This document shows positions 56,500 to 64,000 of a stretch of DNA of 64,000 bases, piece after piece (positions within the stretch are counted from its first letter, which is position 1; the number at the start of each line of letters is the position of its first letter). Made by a program: the position numbers and the translations under genes. The notes beneath the pieces were generated by a model, which did no database searches, was not told the origin of the DNA, and was given only the letters and a program-made list of their open reading frames with translations. Source of the stretch: Balanoglossus misakiensis (lineage: Eukaryota > Animalia > Hemichordata). The stretch covers positions 11,044,017 to 11,108,016 of the forward strand of contig CM082592.2 of assembly GCA_040954595.2 (NCBI GenBank). The letters are read 5' to 3'.

Positions 56500-58253
56500 A
56501 AGAAACAAACAATATTTTCTACTTTGTAAACTGTGATGACTTTCCAAGGAGGAATGAGCATATATTGGCCATTCTTTAGGTAGTGTAATCATAAATGACC
56601 CTATAACCCAGTTTTCAATTTTCTGTTAGCATCATAAACACAAAAATTATTACTGAAATTCATGTGAATTTGCATATCATTCATTCATTCACCCCAAACC
56701 TATCGTCCTGGGATCATTACAGTGTTCATATACAATACAATTATCTTGTATAGACACAGAATATCGCTTGTGGATGACCCATTTCTCCAAGTCACAGACA
56801 ATTCATAGATATTACCCTTGAGCAGTGTTTGTGTCAAGTTAAACAGGAACATTTTTATGGAAATTTTGTATTGTTCCAAGCACATCAAAAGTGCATGAAG
56901 AATTTCTGATGAATCAGAAAAATCACTGTCCTTGCTATGCATTGTATTATGTAAATATGAGTAGACATTAATGATCATAATTATATCAATGTCAATAATG
57001 ATAGGAATTTTTACAAATCGTGTGTGCTGTTTCTTATGCCACTATGGACACAGAAAATGGTGTTGATTATCCAGATTTACAAGACTTTGTATATTATCAT
57101 TTGCAATAACCTAGAGAGGAGAAACGGGATTAAAACAGGATTAATTTTTTAATAATTTTGTAGCAGTCTTGTTGATTTTTGCCTTGAGTTTTACATGGTT
57201 TAAGTATTTATAGCCACCAACAATTATACAAAGCAAATCACTGTGATGGTATTGTCCATTTACCTGGGAGAGTGGAAAGTTCTTGGCTACACTTGAAAGG
57301 ATTGACCCGAACAAAGATTTCTTCAATCAACAAGGAACGGGTAGGTAGAAAACAAAAGACACGTACCACTATATGGTAGAGGGCGCGCCCCACCTCTCTC
57401 AGTCACAGTGCATGCAGAGAATGGTAACGGCAACAGATAGAATCAAATAATAGTAATGAATCACACAGAAATCAGCGATTGGTCATCATATCATCTTTAT
57501 ATTGAATATTTCATCTTTCATCTTAAACACACAAATATGATTGACAGATAAGAAAATAAAAGAGAATCACAATGCAAATCACATAGAGAATTACAATATA
57601 CATTACACAAATACCATGACACAGACAATAGAAATATATACAACTTACTCTGTGTATATTCACATTATTTTGTAAATATATGCAAACATTTTCAAGGCAG
57701 TATTTAAAAGTGCACACAAGTATAAAGTTGCTACCAAAATATGTATGTGTTCAGTGGTGTCCCTATCTGGTTTGGTCTGAAAGAGTGTTATACGCTGTTC
57801 CATTCTGCTGTGAATGTGAGGGATGGAAGGAGTATATGAATGCATAGTATTTTTAATACAATGGAAAGTGTGTAATAGGTATGTCAAATAAGTGTAAGTA
57901 CTCTCCTAATAAACACACCTTTCAGTTTCAGTTTACAATGTGTCTGCGTACTACAGTGCATCAAAATATTTTCTAGAACTTGACTGATTCTTTGTACTCT
58001 AGGGAATTAACTGTGGAATTCTTTACAGGCTTATATGATTCCGCTCGGGTGATGGGAATCTAAGAAAGTCAAAAACTGTCGCAATAAAAACATTTTAGAT
58101 TCAAAAGCCTATTGCTTATGAAGAAACCTTATTCCCTGAAGAATGCCTGCATTTAAAATATTGTTATGCTGTGTTGTCTTCACCATCAGCATTTCACACA
58201 CATACAGGCCATATTGTCACTGATATCAATTCAACTGTACCCATTGTCAGCTC

Positions 58254-61063
58254 TTAGTACCAGGCAGTCTTGGGTTTTGGGTGTGGCTGTCAAACAAAGA
58301 AGAAAAAGAAAGGCATCAGACGTCAGAAAATTTACAGAGTTCATGATGTTGATAAAATGGGTATGCTTTATCTACAAAAGGGGTCTAACGGTGGTAATAC
58401 AATCACAGGGGAAAGACTTGTCTTTGTAGGTCAAAGGGTAGGTGTCATAATTACCTTGGGTTCATAATCTCGGACAGAGAGTCTTGATGCTTCTTCTCTC
58501 AGCATTTCTTCATACTCCCTCTCAGCCATTTTTTCGGCCTCTAATTCTTCCTCCAGTCTCCTCCTGGCATCTATTTCCCTCTCCCTGCGTTCCGTCACCT
58601 GGCCAGAAATCTCCTCCCGGAACTGCAGTTTCTTCTTCTCTTCATCCTCCTGTTCCCGCTTCGTCAGTTGCTGCGCAATTTCCAACTCTCGGAGGAGTTC
58701 CTCACGCCTCTCCAGAGACTCCTCTTGCTGTATTCGAACGTTCTCCATCTTGTCTTGTATCTGTTCCTGTCTGCCTTGCAATACCTGTCATGTGTAGGAA
58801 CCAAATTCAAGTCATTTCAAACATCAAGATGACACTGACAATTCCAATTATGGATACTCTCATCAATGATATGTAAACAACACATAACAATGCATTTCCC
58901 ACACTCACCTCTGACATCAACCTTTCTCTGGCCGTCTTTTCTCTCTCCCACTCAGCCTCTCTCTTCTGCCACTCCCTGGCTGCTTCATCCCTGTCAGACA
59001 AACACACCAACAGTTAAAGGGCCACGATCATCTTATGCGCATGCGCAAAACCAGAGACTCTGGTTGCAAACACTGCCAATGCAAAGACACAAGAGAATAG
59101 ACTAACTCAGATGCCACCCTTAGAGGGCGCACTACACCTTACCTGTACAACATATCCAACTCGGCTTCCCGAGCCTTCTCTAATTTCAACTGTTCTTCAA
59201 TCACTTGTTTCATCCAGGCAGCATCAGCCCTGGCTTTCTCTCTCCTTGCAGTCTGTATTTCTTGGTCTTCTGTTGCTTTTGCGGCCAGTGCAGCAAGGAT
59301 CTTTCTGTCCAGTTCCTGAGATTAAAAGAAGACAAAGTAAGGCACTTTGTTCTGAAACAAAGATTTTGACCCTTCAACTATTCACGATTTGTGATGAAGT
59401 GTAAAGAAAGATTCTCTTACCAAAGCTTCTTGTACTTGCTGAGACTTCCTTCTGAGTTGAGCCTTATACTGTCTGGTCAGTATTCTTCCCAGCTCACTCT
59501 TCTTTCGCCTCTCTTCCAATTCCCGTCGCTCTGATTCCAGCTCTTCCAACTCCCACTGCTGTTTGAGAAGATCTGCTTCTTGAAGCTTCAACTGCTCTGC
59601 CTGTGATAGTGGAACATACAGTGCAACTATGTCAGTTGAAATGTGTCCTGATTCCCTGATAACTCACAGCCTGACCTTGATATGCACACAGAACAATCCT
59701 TCAAATAAGTACCATCACTCATTGAATGCAAGCCAGATGTCAGACTTCTCATGCTCGTATTGCTGCACATATATGAAAATCATCACATTCAGATCTTTAC
59801 CTCAGCTTCCCTGGCTTTTAACTCCATCATCTGGTCTTTCAGCATCTTGGCAAGTTCCTTCTCTTCTTCTAACTTGGACTCTTGCACTTTTCGTTCTCTG
59901 GCCAAAGCAGCAAGTCGTTCTCTCTCCAGCTCTTCGTCAAATTTCCTCTTCTCTTCCCTCGCTGAGTCCAGCCTTAGTTCCATCTCTTCCACTTGCTCTC
60001 CCCATTTGCCGATGACATATTTCTCATGCTGCTCTGATTCAAGCTACACAGCAAGAAGATTAATATTGTATGTGGGATTTAGTTTGAGCAAAACATGTCT
60101 TATCAGGAGCGTCTCTGGCATTGCGCCTCTGACATTGAAACTGTGAGATTCAATAAATGAAACACATAAATACCTTTCTTAAGTCTGGGTTGTTTTTCTT
60201 CCAGTGCTCATACAGTCTTTGATCAGCTACCTGTAAAGTAGAGAAGATTTCAAGTGAGTCACAAATACTTGCACTTTCAGAGATGAACATGCTCTTAGAT
60301 AATAGGTTATCTGGACATGAATTTTGTGATGATGATGTAACTGTACACATACCTGTTTCCTTGCAGTTTCTTTCTGTGTTTTCAACTCTTCGCTCCTTTC
60401 TCTCATGGAATCTAATCTCTCATAATTATCAACTGATAGCCCCTTCAGTTCTGCCTCATACTGGCGCTTTTCATTCCTTAAAAGTTCCTGTAACCTCAAT
60501 CTCCTTTTTGTCAGGTCTTTTTGTTTGGATTCTTTCTCAAACTGTTTCTTGAATGCATCCATGCTACATTATGGAAATGAAGACAAAATATAAACAGGTG
60601 ACACTTGAAAATTTGGATAATGATGATACACACAAAATCGGTGTGTAGAAAAGAGGCATACACATTACTCATTCTACGCATGTATTCACACTTTATGAAT
60701 AGGTAAAGAACTAGTCTACCTATTCAAAAAAGTTAATAACATGCAACGTGAAATCATGTCACAACTTGCTCTGCCCTAAGCATGCTCCCTCAAAAGTTTG
60801 AAATAAAGATTCAAACCTAGTTTGAGTTTTCTGTAATTTGTCACAAAACAAAAATGAAATGTCTCCTACCTGTCCTGGAAAGATCCATCGGACGTCCAAT
60901 CGCGCTGTTTTGTTGTCTGAATATCAGACTGGTGAAAATATCTGGCGTTATTGGACCATTTCTCTCTGAAATCGTTGTCTTGGTTTCTTCGCGATACAAT
61001 GTTTCGCTCTTGGACGTTCTTGTAACGAGTTTGCCAATAGGACGGGAGGGTTGGAAGGGCCAT
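58254..61063 (-). CDS. TCHP: Trichoplein keratin filament-binding protein (500 aa)
   Basis: Exons (plus coordinates) 60870-61063, 60353-60563, 60174-60230, 59801-60043, 59421-59600, 59143-59315, 58909-58990, 58455-58784, 58254-58286; all GT-AG and in frame, 1503 nt. N-terminus [10 protein letters not shown] and internal [10 protein letters not shown] match vertebrate trichoplein as I recall it; E/R/K/Q-rich coiled coil; ends PKTAWY. Confidence 0.95.
59014..59063. repeat. Dispersed repeat fragment in a TCHP intron, homologous to 31260-31309
   Basis: TTAAAGGGCCACGATCATCTTATGCGCATGCGCAAAACCAGAGACTCTGG versus TTAAAGGGCCACGAACGTCTTAAGCGCATGTGCCAAATCGGAGACTCTGG. Confidence 0.65.
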
Positions 61064-61269
61064 GCTTAATGTTTGTTTCCCTCAAACTGCTTGCTAAACT
61101 TATTTAAAAGTAAAAGTATCAACGTCGAAATAGATTCTTGGACGTATGTCACTGTCAACTCAGAAATGAACAACACTCAACATGATACAGTACAGGGAAC
61201 ACTTGTACTTGCAACTCACAGACACGTCCCATCTGTCTCCTGTCCTTTCCTTTCCCGAGCGACAATTAC

Positions 61270-61846
61270 CTGCTCGTCCACTATGAGCGCTTACAACTTA
61301 TCCTATGAAATCCTAAGAAGAAACCCTGCTAGAATGCAGATGGGACTTGTCTTGACAGCGAACAAAACACCGATCACTTCAATCAAAATACGAAGTCGTT
61401 GATTGACTTTGCGCATGCCCGAAAAAAATGTCTCGATCCAGGCCTTTTCAAAACCGTTTTAATTTTGTTCGGCTCAATCAAAAATTGAATGAGATAATAG
61501 AGTCATAGGTAAATTAATAAGAAAATAAAGTCTAAGTAAAAAATTATATGAATTTAGTAATAAATTTACTAAGATAAATACTGTTGAAATGTACTAATTT
61601 GCGCTGTCGATTGCGGATAAAGTAGCGCATGCGTTTTACGTACATGTGAACTATTGTAAAAACTTCCGGGTATCTCATTCTTATACGTGGTTGATCATCC
61701 TCTTATATAAGTTACATGTTAACAGCATATATCGAGCCGTGTTGAGATCATTACGTGTCCCATCTGCACTGTGATGAGGACATAATAAACAACTCCACAT
61801 ATTTATCTTCATTTACGCTATCCGTCGTTATTCAGGGGACGTAACC
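61270..61846. promoter_or_regulatory. Putative bidirectional promoter shared by TCHP and GLTP
   Basis: Divergent start codons only 783 bp apart; NRF1-like GCGCATGC(G) at 61411-61418 and 61625-61633; ETS/GABP-like ACTTCCGG at 61662-61669; minus-strand donor CAG|GTAATT near 61269 suggests a TCHP 5' UTR exon. Confidence 0.6.
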
Positions 61847-63795
61847 ATGACATTCTTTAAGACCAGAAAGTTTTATTTTCAACCTGTCAGGGAAGACGGT
61901 AAAGTTGAAACGATACCTTTCCTAAAAGCAGCTCAGGATTGTACGATACCATTTCTCGGTAAGTCCGTGTATGTAAATTACGATAGTGAAACAGGATCCA
62001 ACCGCGTTGATTTGCCGAAAGACTGAACAGAAAAATATCAGAACACAAAATGACAGTCAAGTATGAAGATGACACATTCATATTTTGTCATTGTTTCACA
62101 GACATCTTGGGATCTACAGCATTTAGTCCTGTTAAATCAGATATCAATGGTAATGTAACAGTAAGTTGAATATCTATTTTTATCATACTCGAAAAAGTAC
62201 AGGCAATTTTATCTCTCATTATAATTTTTATTTATGTTTTATTATGATTATATAAAAGGTTACTTGTTGTAAATGAAATATACTAGTACATGTAGTACTG
62301 AACCAATACATAATAATACATGTAAAAGTCAGGTGGTACTTGTATAACTTGATCTATATCATAATATGTACCTGTATTGTTTATATAGAAACTAACCAAG
62401 AAGTTTGAACTTGACCCACAAAAGAACAGTACACTGCAAGATATGATAGATGCAGAAATTGAATCAAAAACAACTCAGAACAAAGGCTCAGCCACAGATG
62501 CCCTGGTCTGGTTAAAGCGGTAAGTTCCATGATAAAGAGGAAACGTTTTCTTAAAAGGTTGGATCCCACTAACTTTCTTTGATTCCATTGGTACAGAAGC
62601 TGACCAAGAAATATGAACTGGACCCAGTCAGTCATATTACACTACAAGAAATGGTTGAGAAAGAATTTGACCAAAATAGCGCCCTCAAACGAGGATCTGC
62701 AACAGAAACTCTCATTTGGTTCAAACGGTAGGGCAAAAACTAGAATATGCAAAATTGCATGTTGGTCAAGTTAAAAGTGATAAATTACTGTCTGTAATTT
62801 CAGTGACAATATCATTTATAACCATAGCAATTGGACGACTGTCTGTGTTAATAAAAAATACAAATTAAAAGTAAAGGTTGTATATGTATCCACACATTTT
62901 CAAAAGTGAACTCTAGCCACCTCATGTATGGAAAAACATGAAGGTAGTTCAATATACATATACGTAAGTTGTGACTCTCCTGTTAAAACATTTTCCATTC
63001 AGGTTACCAGAAAACTTTTCCTACAGGATCCACCTGCACCATGCTGTCAAGTACAAAGCACCTCTTCCCTTGTATCCTATTTTCACATCAACATGACATG
63101 TCTCATGTACAACAATGTATGTATCTGCACCCATCTTGACCATTTGAGTACCCTTAAAAACATTCCCATGGAAACTGTGTGTCTTGACAGGATAAATAAA
63201 TTATGTAAATAAAAAATGTAAACCCTTGAGAAATATGATTGAGACTCATTTGAGAAATGAGGAAATTGCCTCATGGCAGTCCTTGGGTTCCTCAGTTATG
63301 CACCAAATGACAATAATGTGACCAAGGTGTTTCTGAAATTGCAGAAAAATGTTTCTCTCCACAGTGCTTTGGAGTTCATTCGAGGAATGTTTCAAAACAT
63401 CCTGGATGGAATTAATGATGGAGAGAACCTAACACCATGTGCCATGAAGTCCTATGAACAGAATCTTAAACCATACCATGGCTGGATGGTACAAAAAATA
63501 TTTAGTGTAAGTGAAAATTAGCTTTGCCAACTGCCAGTGTTACTGTAAATTATTATGTCTAACTTTTAGGAAAGACTAAACTTCAACCATGACTCACTGT
63601 CTTGTTTATCTTTCCCAGCTTCTACTGAAAGCCATGCCATACAGGAAAGACTTGATAAAGGCCTTGGGAAATGGACTTGATGAGGACGAAGTTCTGAAGG
63701 ACATGAAGGATTTTATGGAGTTATATAGCCAAAATGTTGACACAATAGTGGAAATGTACAAATCTAGAAATATAGATATGGAATTCAGGGTCTGA
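61847..63795 (+). CDS. GLTP: Glycolipid transfer protein (GLTP-fold, 206 aa)
   Basis: Exons 61847-61958, 62102-62160, 62389-62519 (or 62597-62727), 63365-63506, 63619-63795. Motifs FSPVKSDINGNVTKL, ATDALVWLKRALEF, YEQNLKPYHGWMVQKIF contain the D, N, K, W and H sugar-recognition residues of the GLTP fold; no PH domain, unlike FAPP2/PLEKHA8. Confidence 0.9.
62389..62519 (+). CDS. GLTP: GLTP exon 3a (131 nt)
   Basis: TAG acceptor, CG|GTAAGT donor; KLTKKFELDPQKNSTLQDMIDAEIESKTTQNKGSATDALVWLKR. Confidence 0.9.
62597..62727 (+). CDS. GLTP: GLTP exon 3b (131 nt), duplicated alternative exon
   Basis: CACTAAC branch site at 62567-62573, CAG acceptor, CG|GTAGGG donor; KLTKKYELDPVSHITLQEMVEKEFDQNSALKRGSATETLIWFKR, same length and phases as 3a. 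Confidence 0.85.
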
Positions 63796-64000
63796 TTGAC
63801 CAATTTACTCAAAAACATCTCTGTTTTTGAAAACATTGTATTTTAAAGTTATTTTCAATATACATGTAGTGACTGGATAATTTTAAATTAGTTACTCAAA
63901 CAACTCATTAATTACTTGTGAATTTTAGAGGCCATTTTACTGACTTCAACTGTTGTCCATCTGCAGCTGTTTTACACAGGGTTGTCATAAAGAGTACTAG

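Noticed and set aside
58484-61069. Plus-strand ORFs overlapping TCHP exons
   Set aside because: Antisense shadows of the E/K/R-rich coiled-coil coding strand.

Overview
Eukaryotic genomic DNA with GT-AG introns, probably from an invertebrate animal (taxon is my inference). Bases 1 to ~23.36 kb are a very homogeneous 87-bp AT-rich tandem satellite (~265 copies, open at the left edge). It shows nested multi-unit duplications, a divergent edge layer and a terminal palindrome; the long repetitive ORFs in the ORF track are artefacts of the 87-bp period. Immediately downstream are the last five exons of a cobalamin-binding (transcobalamin/intrinsic factor-like) gene whose 5' exons are absent, so the satellite probably lies in its intron. 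After ~25 kb of mostly non-coding DNA containing several candidate ATG-bearing first exons comes a second, complete paralog with a predicted N-terminal membrane anchor. The window ends with trichoplein (TCHP, minus strand) head-to-head with a glycolipid transfer protein gene (GLTP, plus strand) that carries a duplicated, apparently mutually exclusive exon covering the sugar-recognition tryptophan. All gene models were built by eye from splice sites and reading-frame phase; no database search was run.
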